Assembly (NCBI GenBank): GCA_964016885.1
Contig: OZ024747.1
Location: 8,618,001-8,682,000 of the forward strand
Reading direction: 5' to 3'
DNA from: Eledone cirrhosa
Lineage: Eukaryota
Length of the DNA stretch: 64,000 nucleotides
In this document: piece by piece, positions 27,441-39,289 of the stretch
How positions within the stretch are numbered: position 1 is the stretch's first letter
Layout: each line of letters begins with the position of its first letter
Notes under the pieces: generated by a model
The model's input: only the letters and a program-made list of their open reading frames with translations
Databases searched by the model: none
What the model was told of the DNA's origin: nothing
Translations under genes and position numbers: made by a program

Positions 27441-27838
27441 GCAAAAACTGCTAATTTCTTCCTTTTGTCTATGTTAATTTTTCGTTTTTGTTTTGCTTTT
27501 GTGTTTGTTTATTGTTTTTTTTTTTATTCAATCATTCATTTTATTGTTTATTTTTGTCTTTTCACCTTTTTGGGGGTTTTTTTTTAAGGAAAATGATATT
27601 TGTTTCATGTAAGACAGTGCCACAGCATGGTCGCGGTCTACTCAACTCACTAAATGAAACCAGTAAAAGAATAAAAGAATCAAAGAATATATACATTGTT
27701 TTCATAGAAGAAGAAGAAGAAGAAGAAGAAGAAATTCCTTGTAACAGATTCAGGTGAAATCTCTGTCGATATTCTTCACTTCATTTCATTGATGTTCAAA
27801 TTCACATCTTCCTCTCTCTCACTCTCACTCTCTCTCTC

Positions 27839-27912
<74 letters not shown>

Positions 27913-28094
27913 CACAGAGAGAGGAAAAAGAAGATGTAGAGATGTATATCACTTTATGTGTCTATCTATTTATCTATCTTTATCAATCTATCTGTCTCCT
28001 TCTATGTTTCTCTTTCCCCCTCTCTCTTGCTCCCCTCTTTTCTCTCTCCCCCTCTCTCTTACTCCTCATATATAAATATATCACTCTCTCTAAT

Positions 28095-28151
<57 letters not shown>

Positions 28152-28317
28152 ATCACTCTCTGTGTTGGTCTATGTATCTATCTATGTTTCTCCCTCTATT
28201 TATCAATCTCTATCTCTCTATTTATTTCTCTCTTGCGCGTTCCACCACTTGCTGCACTTTCTTTCCGTCCATTCTTAGCAGCATCTTAATATTATCTTGT
28301 CATTGATCAATCTATCA

Positions 28318-28369
<52 letters not shown>

Positions 28370-28552
28370 GTATGCGTGAATGTATGTATGTATGTATGTA
28401 TGTGTGTGTGTGTGTGTGTGTGTATGCGTATGCTTGTGTTTCGTTCATACATCCACAGAAACACATGTAGAAATGTGTATAAAGACAAACACATATATAT
28501 ATTTTTATATATATATTTATATATTTATATATATATACATACATATATATAT

Positions 28553-28619
<67 letters not shown>

Positions 28620-28622
<3 letters not shown>

Positions 28623-28714
28623 GGTGCGGCAAAATGATCTGACACATTTGTACATTTAATAAAAGCGAAATAGAATAAATGTGTCAGATCATTTTCAAAT
28701 CATTTTGCTGCACC

Positions 28715-28717
<3 letters not shown>
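28620..28717. mobile_element. Tc1/mariner-type MITE
   Basis: TIRs CAGGGTGCGGCAAAATGAT / ATCATTTTGCTGCACCCTG inside a TA tract. Confidence 0.75.
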
Positions 28718-28757
<40 letters not shown>

Positions 28758-28771
28758 CACACATACACATA

Positions 28772-28817
<46 letters not shown>

Positions 28818-29019
28818 GGGATTCTTACCCTACAGTAAACCTGATACCATTTTGATATCAAATTAGATTTAATTTCTCATTTGCTATGAAAATGGTAGAA
28901 GCTTCACTGTTGGTCAGAGAATCTCTATAATATCATCTACTCTCTTCTTATGTATAGAGTACTAAGTTGAATAATGGTCTTACTGGTCATAACTAGTAAC
29001 ATCTCATCTCTCCCTCTCC

Positions 29020-29073
<54 letters not shown>

Positions 29074-29149
29074 TTTATGGATGTAAATATATATCAAGGT
29101 ATCCATTCCCATAATATGAATTTCAGAATTTTACCAACACACATTCACG

Positions 29150-29213
<64 letters not shown>

Positions 29214-29339
29214 TACATAGAGAGAGAGAGAGAGAGGAAAGAGAAAGATGGGGACAAAAATCTAGAATTATTCTTCATGTTAGTAGTTAACATTTTTTAC
29301 ATAATGGAGAAGAGAGAAAATGGTAAGAACAACTGCAGC

Positions 29340-30220
29340 CATCACAACAATCACATCAACATCAACTACTGCAACCTGAACTACTACTGCAACCTGAACA
29401 ACAACTACTGCAACCTGAACTACTACTGCAACCTGAACAACAACCACCACAACCTGAACTACTGCAACCTGAACTACTACTGCAACCTGAACAACAACTA
29501 CTACAGCCTGAACTACTGCAACCTGAACAACAACTACTACAACCTGTACTATTACTGCAACCTGAACAACAACTACTACAACCTGAACTACTACTGCAAC
29601 CTGAACAACAACCACCACAACCTGAACTACTACTGCAACCTGAACAACAACTACTACAACCTGAACTACTACTGCAACCTGAACAACAACCACCACAACC
29701 TGAACTACTACTGCAACCTGAACAACAACTACTACAACCTGAACTACTGCAACCTGAACCTGAACTACTGCAACCTGAACTACTGCACCTGAACAACAAC
29801 TACTACAACCTGAACTACTGCAATCTGAACAACAACTACTACAACCTGAACTACTACTGCAACCTGAACAACAACCACCACATTCAACATCAACAACTAC
29901 TACAATCAGAACTACTGCAACCTGAACTACAACTACTACAACCAGAACTACTGCAACCAGAACTACTGCAACATGGACTACAACTACTACAACCAGAACT
30001 ACTGCAACCTGAACAACAACTACTACAACCAGAACTACTGCAACCTGAACAACAACTACTACAACCTGAACAACAACTACTGCAACCTGAACAACTACTG
30101 CTACCTGAACAACAACCACCACAACCTCCACATAAACCACCACAACTACTGCAACCTGAACAACAACCATCACAACCTCCACATCAACATCAACCACTAC
30201 TGCAACCTGAACAACTAACT
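29340..30220. repeat. Triplet-based minisatellite (AACTACTGCAACCTG variants)
   Basis: 15-21 bp units in tandem. Confidence 0.9.
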
Positions 30221-30322
30221 ACAATGCAGCAACAATAACAGTATGAATTGTAAATGAGGTAGAGGGTAACACACATATACACAAATGAATGCACCCCACC
30301 CCCACCCCCACTTCTTTCCTAA

Positions 30323-30780
30323 CCTTTTTGATACAAAACCACCTGAAACCAACCATGGTTCTATGATACAAAGCTTTTTATTTTACAGTGTTTATATTTA
30401 TCTAGAAACCTTCCATCATAATTTAATGCAGAGCCTTTGTTAAGTTATGCTTCAAACGCCAGCTTAATAATGAGGAAGTTAGTTATATTGCTAAATCCCT
30501 CCAAATTTTTTATTATTTTCAAAACGATTTGGAAATCATAGGCAGTGTCTTTCATGAGAAATATGGTAACAAAAAGATTAAAGTGTTTATATTTATCTAG
30601 AAACCTTCCATCATAATTTTATGTCAGAACCTTTGTTAAATTATGCTTCATGCACCAGCTTAATAACGATAAAGTTGATTATATTATTATTAAATCCTTC
30701 CAAATTCTTGATTATTTTCAAAATGACTGGCAAATCATAGGCAGTGTCTTTCATTAGAAATATGGTAATGGAAGGGTTAA
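30323..30780. mobile_element. piggyBac-like MITE with 195-bp tandem duplication of its right part
   Basis: Ends ctaa-CCTTTTTGATAC and GTAATGGAAGGG-ttaa. Units begin at 30387 and 30582. Confidence 0.5.
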
Positions 30781-31169
30781 AAAAAAGCCTCCCCCCCCCC
30801 CCTCGCCCCACCAAATAAAAAAAAAACAACAAACAAACAAACCACTCTGCTACTTACTTCCACAGTTTTATCCATTGCTATCTGCTGTGAGTGAGGAAAG
30901 ATATCCTGAGCTAGAATCCGATAGTAGCTGCAGCAGCCGTACTGTGACAACTGCATTATGTTGGTGGTTTTCTGCTGCTTGTGAATAAAATCTTAACCTG
31001 CCACTCCAGCAACTATTCTCTCTGCCTATACATCTATATCTATCTGCCTTGGTTGGTTGGCTGGCTGCTTGTGTGTGTGTGTGTGTCTACCTACGTCCGA
31101 GTGCTTCTCAGCTTTGCTCTGTGTTAGTAGTCTTGTAGTTGTCATCATAGTCGGAGTCGGAGTTGTATC

Positions 31170-33605
31170 AATAGTAGTAGTTCTAGTAGATGTAGATGTT
31201 GTAGTAGTAGTAGTAGTAGTAGTAGCTGTTGCAGTTGTAGTAGCTGTAGTAGTAGCAGTAGCTGTAGTAGTAGCAGTAGCTGTAGTAGTTGCTGTTGTTG
31301 TTGTAGTAGTAGTTGTAGTAGCTGCTGCTGTAGTAGCAGTAGTTGTAGTAGCTGTAGATGTAGTAGCTGCTGTTGTAGTAGCTGTAGTAGCAGTAGCTGC
31401 TGCTGTAGTAGCTGTAGTTGTAGTAGCTTTAGTAGCTGCTGTTGTAGTAGCTGTAGTAGCTGCTGTTGTAGTAGCTGTAGTAGCAGTAGTTGTAGTAGCT
31501 TTAGCTGCTGTTGTAGTAGCTGTAGTAGCTGTAGTAGCTGTAGCTGCTGTTGTAGTAGCTACTGTTGTAGTAACTGTAGTAGCTGCTGTTGTAGCAGCTA
31601 CAGTTGTAGTAGCTGCTGCTGTAGTAACTGTAGTAGCTGCTGTTGTAGTAGCTGCAGTTGTAGTAGCTGCTGTTGTAGTAGCTGCAGTTGTAGTAGCTGC
31701 AGCTGTAGTAGCTGTAGTTGTAGTAGCTGCTGTTGTAGTAGCTGTAGTAGCTGCAGCTGTAGTAGCTGCAGCTGTAGTAGCTGTAGTTGTAGTAGCTGCT
31801 GCTGTAGTAGCTGTAGTTGTAGTAGCTGCAGTTGTAGTAGCTGTAGTAGTAGCAGTAGCTGTATTAGTTGCTGTTGTAGTAGTTGTAGTAGCTGCAGTTG
31901 TAGTTGTAGTAGCTGTAGTAGCAGTAGCTGTTGTAGCTGTAGCTGTAGTAGCTGCTGTTGTAGTAGCTGCAGTTGTAGTAGCTGCTGTTGTAGTAGCTGC
32001 TGTTGTAGTAGCTGCTGTTGTAGTAGCTGCTGTTGTAGTAGCTGCAGTTGTAGTAGCTGCTGTTGTAGTAGCAGTAGCTGTTGTAGCTGTAGTTGTAGTA
32101 GCTGCTGTTGTAGTAGCTGCTGTTGTAGTAGCTGCTGTTGTAGTAGCTGCTGTTGTAGTAGCTGCTGTTGTAGTAGCTGTAGCTGTTGTAGCTGTAGTTG
32201 TCAGAGCTTGTTGTAGTAGCTGTAGTTGTAGTAGCAGTAGCTGTTGTAGCTGCAGTTGTAGTAGCTGCTGTTGTAGTAGCTGCAGTTGTAGTAGCTGCTG
32301 TAGTAGTAGCTGCAGTTGTAGTAGCTGCTGTTGTAGTAGCTGCTGTTGTAGTAGCTGCTGTTGTAGTAGCTGCTGTTGTAGCTGTAGTAGCTGTAGTAGC
32401 TGCTGTTGTAGTAGCTGCTGTTGTAGTAGCTGCTGTTGTAGTAGCAGTAGCTGTAGTAGCTGTAGTTGTAGTAGCTGCTGTTGTAGTAGCAGTAGCTGTA
32501 GTAGCTGTAGTTGTAGTAGCTGCTGTTGTAGTAGCAGTAGCTGTAGTAGCTGTAGTTGTAGTAGCTGCTGTTGTAGTAGCTGCTGTTGTAGTAGCAGTAG
32601 CTGTAGTAGCTGCTGTTGTAGTAGCTGCTGTTGTAGTAGCTGCTGTTGTATTAGCAGTAGCTGTAGTAGCTGTAGTTGTAGTAGCTGCTGTTGTAGTAGC
32701 AGTAGCTGTAGTAGCTGTAGTTGTAGTAGCTGCTGTTGTAGTAGCAGTAGCTGTAGTAGCTGTAGTTGTAGTAGCTGCTGTTGTAGTAGCAGTAGCTGTA
32801 GTAGCTGTAGTTGTAGTAGCTGCTGTTGTAGTAGCTGTAGTTGTAGTAGCTGCTGTTGTAGTAGCAGTAGCTGTAGTAGCTGTAGTTGTAGTAGCTGCTG
32901 TTGTAGTAGCAGTAGCTGTAGTAGCTGTAGTTGTAGTAGCTGCTGTTGTAGTAGCTGCTGTTGTAGTAGCTGCTGTTGTAGTAGCAGTAGCTGTAGTAGC
33001 TGTAGTTGTAGTAGCTGCTGTTGTAGTAGCTGTAGTTGTAGTAGCTGCTGTTGTAGTAGCAGTAGCTGTTGTAGCTGTAGTTGTAGTAGCTGCTGTTGTA
33101 GTAGCAGTAGCTGTAGTAGCTGTAGTTGTAGTAGCTGCTGTTGTAGTAGCTGCTGTTGTAGTAGCAGTAGCTGTTGTAGCTGTAGTTGTCAGAGCTTGTT
33201 GTAGTAGCTGCTGTTGTAGTAGCTGCTGTTGTAGTAGCAGTAGCTGTAGTAGCTGCTGTTGTAGTAGCTGCTGTTGTAGTAGCTGCTGTTGTAGTAGCAG
33301 TAGCTGTAGTAGCAGTAGCTGTTGTAGCTGTAGTAGCTGTAGTAGCTGTAGTAGCTGTAGTAGCTGTAGTAGCTGCTGTTGTAGTAGCTGCTGTTGTAGT
33401 AGCTGTAGTTGTAGTAGCTGTAGTTGTAGTAGCTGCTGTTGTAGTAGCAGTAGCTGTAGTAGCAGTAGCTGTTGTAGCTGTAGTAGCTGTAGTAGCTGTA
33501 GTAGCTGTAGTAGCTGTAGTAGCTGCTGTTGTAGTAGCTGCTGTTGTAGTAGCAGTAGCTGTAGTAGCAGTAGCTGTTGTAGCTGTAGTTGTCAGAGCTT
33601 GTTGT
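31170..33605. repeat. 2.4-kb GTA/GCT/GTT/GCA triplet satellite
   Basis: 15-bp core gtagtagctgctgtt, with three gtcagagctt interruptions. Confidence 0.95.
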
Positions 33606-33639
33606 ATATATCACTGTGTCTGTGTGTTGGGGGAGACTC

Positions 33640-34466
33640 ATGTGACTGTCAGTGTGGCAGTGTGTGTGCATCAGTCTGTGTAACTGTGTCTGTGTGTGTC
33701 TAGCATTGTGGCAGTATATGTCTGTGTGTGTGTGTGGCAGTGTACGTAGCAGTGTGCTAGTGTGTATGGCTGTGTGTGGCAGTGTGTGTATCAGTGTGCT
33801 AGTGTGTATGGCTGTGTGTGGCAGTATGTGTGTGTGTGTGTGTGTGCTAGTGTGTATGGCTGTGTGTAGCAGTGTGTGGCAGTGTGTGTAGCAGTGTGCT
33901 AGTGTGTATGGCTGTGTGTGGCAGTATGTGTGTGTGTGGCAGTGTGTGGCAGTATGTGTCTGTGTATGTGCCAGTGTGTGACCGTGTGTAGCAGTGTGTG
34001 GCAGTGTGTGTAGCAGTGTGCTAGTGTGTATGGCTGTGTGTGGCAGTATGTGTGTGTGTGTGTGTGGCAGTGTGTGGCAGTATGTGTCTGTGTATGTGCC
34101 AGTGTGTGACCGTGTGTGGCAGTGTGTAGCAGTGTGTGCCAGTGTATATGTGCCAGTGTGTGGCCGTGTGTGCCAGTGTGTATGTGCCAGTGTGTGGCCG
34201 TGTGTGCCAGTGTGTGTGTGTGTGGCAGTGTGTAGCAGTGTGTTAGTGTGTGTATGCTAGTGTGTCAATGTATGTGTAAGATAGAGAGAGGGAGAGCATA
34301 CGTGTGTGTTGCATGTACATTACGCGTGTGTTTGACAGCCTGTATGTATAGTGTGATTATGTGTGTGTTTCAATGTGGGGAGGGAGGGAGGGAGCATTAG
34401 TGCAATGTATGTGTGTGTGTGTGTGTGTGTCAGGATGTCAGGGTGTGTGTGTCAGTGTGTGTATAT

Positions 34467-34506
<40 letters not shown>

Positions 34507-35151
34507 CATTAGTGCATTGCATATGTGTGTGTATGTGTAAATGTATTTATTTAGCTGCCAGTATGTCAGTGTGCAAGTGTGTGTGTGTTAGTGTGTGTGT
34601 GTCAGTGTGCAAGTGTGTGTGTGTGCGTGTGTCAGTGTGTGTGTGTTAGTGTGCAAGTGTGTGTGTGTTAGTGTGTGCGTGTGTCAGTGTGCAAGTGTGT
34701 GTGTGTTAGTGTGTGCGTGTGTCAGTGTGCAAGTGTGCGTGTGTTAGTGTGTGCGTGTGTCAGTGTGCAAGTGTGTGTGTTAGTATGTGTGTGTGTCAGT
34801 GTGCAAGTGTGTGTGTGTCAGTGTGCAAGTGTGTGTGTGTCAGTGTGCGAGTGTGTGTGTGTGTCAGTGTGCAAGTGTTAGTGTGTGTGTGTCAGTGTGC
34901 AAGTGTGTGTGTGTTAGTGTGTGTGTGTCAGTGTGCAAGTGTGTGTGTGTTAGTGTGTGTGTGTCAGTCTCCAAGTGTGTGTGTGTCAGTCTCCAAGTGT
35001 GTGTGTGTTAGTGTGTGTGTGTGTGTCAGTGTGTGTGTGTGTGCAATGTGAGTGTGTGGGGGGTTGTATGAGAGAGAGAATGCATAAGTGCATTACATGT
35101 GTATGTGTGTGTGTATGCATGTGTTTGTTTATTTATATATATATGTGTGTA

Positions 35152-35194
<43 letters not shown>

Positions 35195-35235
35195 ATATAT
35201 GTGTATATATATATATGTGTGTGTGTGTGTATATG

Positions 35236-35282
<47 letters not shown>

Positions 35283-35301
35283 GTGTGTGTATATATGTGT
35301 A

Positions 35302-35344
<43 letters not shown>

Positions 35345-36285
35345 ATATATATGTGTATATATATATATATGTGTGTGTGAATTTTACAGAGGAAACCTAT
35401 GAGATTTTATGTGTATTATGTGTGTGATTGTGTATTATGTGTGCGTGTGTGTTTGGTTGTGTCTGTCTATGTGATTGTGTGATTGTGTATGTGATTGTGT
35501 GATTGTGTATGTGATTGTGTATATGTGATTGTGTGTATGTGTGTGTGTATGTGTGTGTGTATGTGATTGTGTGTGTATGTGTGTGATTGTGTGTATGTGA
35601 TTGTGTGCATGTGTGTATGTGATTGTGTGACTGTGTGTGACTGTGTGTGACTGTGTGTGACTGTGTGTGACTGTGTGTGTGACTGTGTGTATGTGACTGT
35701 GTGTGTGACTGTGTGTGACTGGGTGTGACTGTGTGACTGTGTGTGACTGAGTGTGACTGTGTGACTGTGTGACTGTGTGTGACTCTGTGTGTGTGATTGT
35801 GTGTGACTGTGTGTGTGACTCTGTGTGTGTGTGACTGTGTGACTGTGTGTGTGTGACTGTGTGTGTGACTGTTGACTGTGTGTGACTGTCTGTGTGTGAC
35901 TGTGTGTGTGTGTGTGACTGTGTGTGTGAGTGACTGTGTGTGACTGTGTGTGTGACTGTGTGTGTGTGTGGGACTGTGTGTGTGTGACTGTGTGTATGTG
36001 ACTGTGTGACTGTGTGTGTGTGACTGTGACTGTGTGTGTGTGACTGTGTGACTGTGTGTATGTGACTGTGTGTGACGGTGTGTATGTGACTGTGTGTGAC
36101 TGTGTGGCTGTGTGTGACTGTGTGTGACCCTGTGTATGTGACTGTGTGTGACTGTGTGTGTGACTGTATGTATGTGACTGTGTGACTGTGTGTGACTGTG
36201 TGACTGTGTGTGACTGTGTGTGTGACTGTGTGTGTGACTGTATGTATGTGACTGTGTGACTGTGTGACTGTGTGACTGTGTGTAT
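33640..36285. repeat. Series of (GT)n-derived satellites (gtgtggca; gtgcaagtgt/gtca; gtgact)
   Basis: Seen directly. Confidence 0.9.
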
Positions 36286-36369
36286 TAATGAGCTCATGTG
36301 ACTGTATTCCAGCATTTAAAAAAACCTAAAAGCTTCTATGATTCTGTCTGTACACACTAGAGAGTCTGA

Positions 36370-36945
36370 TTGTATTGGTGCACCACTAGTGTGCAGTGTG
36401 TGTGTGTGGATGTGTATTGGTGCACCACTCGTGTGCAGTGTGTGTGCAGTGTGTGTGTATTGGTGCACCACTAGTGTGAAGTGTGTGTGCAGTGTGTGTG
36501 TGCAGTGTATGTGTATGCGTATTGGTGCACCACTAGTGTGCATTGTGTGTGCAGTGTATGTGTGTGTGTATGCGTATTGGTGCACCACTGATGTGCATTG
36601 TGTGTGCAGTGTATGTGTGTGTGTATGCGTATTGGTGCACCACTAGTGTGCAGTGTGTGTGCAGTGTGTGTATGTATGTGGATATGGATGTGTATTGGTG
36701 CACCACTAGTGTGCAGTGTGTGTGCAATGTGTGTGTGTGTGTATGTGTATTGGTGCACCACTAGTGTGCAGGGTGGGTATGTATGTGTATTGGTGCACCA
36801 CTAGTGTGCAGTGTGTGTGCAGTGTGTGCAGTGTGTGCAGTGTGTACAGTGTGTGTGTGTGGATGTGTATTGGTGCACCACTAGTGTGCAGTGTGTGTGC
36901 AGTGTGTGTGTGTGTGTGGATGTGTATCGGTGCACCACTAGTAGT
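36370..36945. repeat. Minisatellite with core tattggtgcaccactagtgtgcag
   Basis: About 12 copies separated by GT-rich linkers. Confidence 0.9.
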
Positions 36946-37038
36946 AAAGACCATGTGTGCATTGTATGTATCTGTGTGTGTGTTTATGTATATTTGTGTG
37001 TGTGTCTGTGTATGTATGTGTGTGTGTGTGTGTCTGTG

Positions 37039-37073
<35 letters not shown>

Positions 37074-37579
37074 CTGTGTATATATATATATGTGTGAGTG
37101 TGTGTCTGTGTATATATATATATATATGTGTGTGTGTATATATATATGTGTGAGTGTGTGTCTGTGTGTGTATATATATATATGTGTGTGTGCGTGTGTG
37201 TATATATATATGTGTGAGTGTGTGTCTGTGTATATATATATATATATGTGCGTGTGTGTTTGTTGATGCACCACTAGTAAAGCCCATGTGTAAATATGGC
37301 TGTATGTGTGTATGTGTGTCTGTGACTATGTATGTCTGTATGTGCACATGTGAATATGTATGTGTGCGTAAATGTGTATGTGTCTGTGTGTCTGTGCACG
37401 CATATGTGTGTGCATGCATATATATATGTGCATGCGTATGTGAGTGTGTGTGTGTATGTGTGTGCGTGTGTCTGTGTGTGTATGCGCGTGTGTGTGTGTG
37501 TGTTAATGAAAATGCTTTTGTGCTTGTATGATGTTAAGCTTACAGTGCTGTCAATCTGCACTGGCAAGCTTACATTGCT

Positions 37580-37640
37580 CTCCCCCTCTCTCTCTATATA
37601 TATATATATTTATCCTGCTCTCTTCTATATATATATCATG

Positions 37641-37674
<34 letters not shown>

Positions 37675-37686
37675 CATGCTCTCCCC

Positions 37687-37720
<34 letters not shown>

Positions 37721-37747
37721 CCTGCTCTCTTCTATATATATATCATG

Positions 37748-37779
<32 letters not shown>

Positions 37780-37815
37780 CATGCTCTCTCTCTCTATATA
37801 TATATATATATCATG

Positions 37816-37847
<32 letters not shown>

Positions 37848-37999
37848 CATGCTCTCTCTCTCTATATATATATATATATATCATGCTCTCTCTCTATATA
37901 TATATATATATATCATGCTTTCTCTCTCTATATATATATATCATGCTTTCTCTCTCTATATATATCATGCTCTCTCTCTATATATATATATATATTATG

Positions 38000-38031
<32 letters not shown>

Positions 38032-38285
38032 CATGCTCTCTCTCTCTCTATATATATATATATATCATGCTCTCTCTCTATATATATATATATATATCAT
38101 GCTCTCTCTCTCTCTATATATATATATATATCATGCTCTCTCTCTCTATATATATATATATTTATCATGCTCTCTCTATATATATATATCATGCTCTCTC
38201 TCTCTATATATATATATATCAAGCTCTCTCTCTATCTATATATATATATCATGCTCTCTCTCTCTCTATATATATATATACCATG

Positions 38286-38335
<50 letters not shown>

Positions 38336-38350
38336 TGCTCTCTCTCTCTC
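37580..38350. repeat. Compound satellite (TA)n-TCATGC-(TC)n
   Basis: More than 20 units. Confidence 0.95.
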
Positions 38351-38405
38351 TACTACTCTACTCTGCTCTCTATCCTTCTCTCCTACATCTCTACTCTGCT
38401 CTCTC

Positions 38406-38496
<91 letters not shown>

Positions 38497-38723
38497 CTCT
38501 CCCTTCCTTTCTCTCTCTCTCTCTCTCACACACTCTCTTGCTCTTCCTCCTCCTCACTCTATGCTGTTCTTCTCTCTCTCTTCCCTCTTTCACTATCTTA
38601 CTCTCCCTCCTCCTCACTCTATGCTGTACCCCCCCCCCCTCTCTCTCTCTCTGTTTCTGATGATATGCTTGTGCAGCTGAGTCCCAGAAAGCTTGCATCT
38701 ATGCATTGTTACATGGGAACTGG

Positions 38724-38793
<70 letters not shown>

Positions 38794-39289
38794 TCTCATA
38801 CTGATGTAGCTTGAAATATTATATACACATTCACACTAACATATATATATATATACATATGAGTGGCGTGTGTGTGTTTGTATGCATAAGTGTTGGTGTG
38901 TGAGTGAGTGTGTGTGTGTCGTACGTATGAGTGTCAATAAGTGATTTTTTTTTTTTTGCGCGGGGATATAGAAATAGTCGGGCTGGATACCCGATCGCGC
39001 AGTTAAACCACTGGGAGTGAAGGACCCCTACCCCTTGTCAGGGCATTCTTCTAGGAGAAGGCATCTCAGGAAACTGGGTTAACTCCGACATAAATCCTGC
39101 AGCTCGGTAGTTACCGATGATGTTGATCTTTTCTTCTTTTCGGGTTATAGCTACTGTCGCTCAGAGAGTGGGATTGGCTCAGTGCACAGTCTTTCCTCAC
39201 TTTAAAAATATTCTTCACGCACAGGCATTGCACGATTGCATTAATTAATCATTATTAATAGTGTTATTATTATTGTTATTATTGTTATG

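Noticed and set aside
31057-33703. 715-aa and 501-aa Val/Ala/Cys/Ser plus-strand ORFs
   Set aside because: Open only because of the triplet satellite composition.
36370-36945. CRISPR-like palindromic repeats with spacers
   Set aside because: Spacers are GT microsatellite of variable length, there are no cas genes and the context is eukaryotic.
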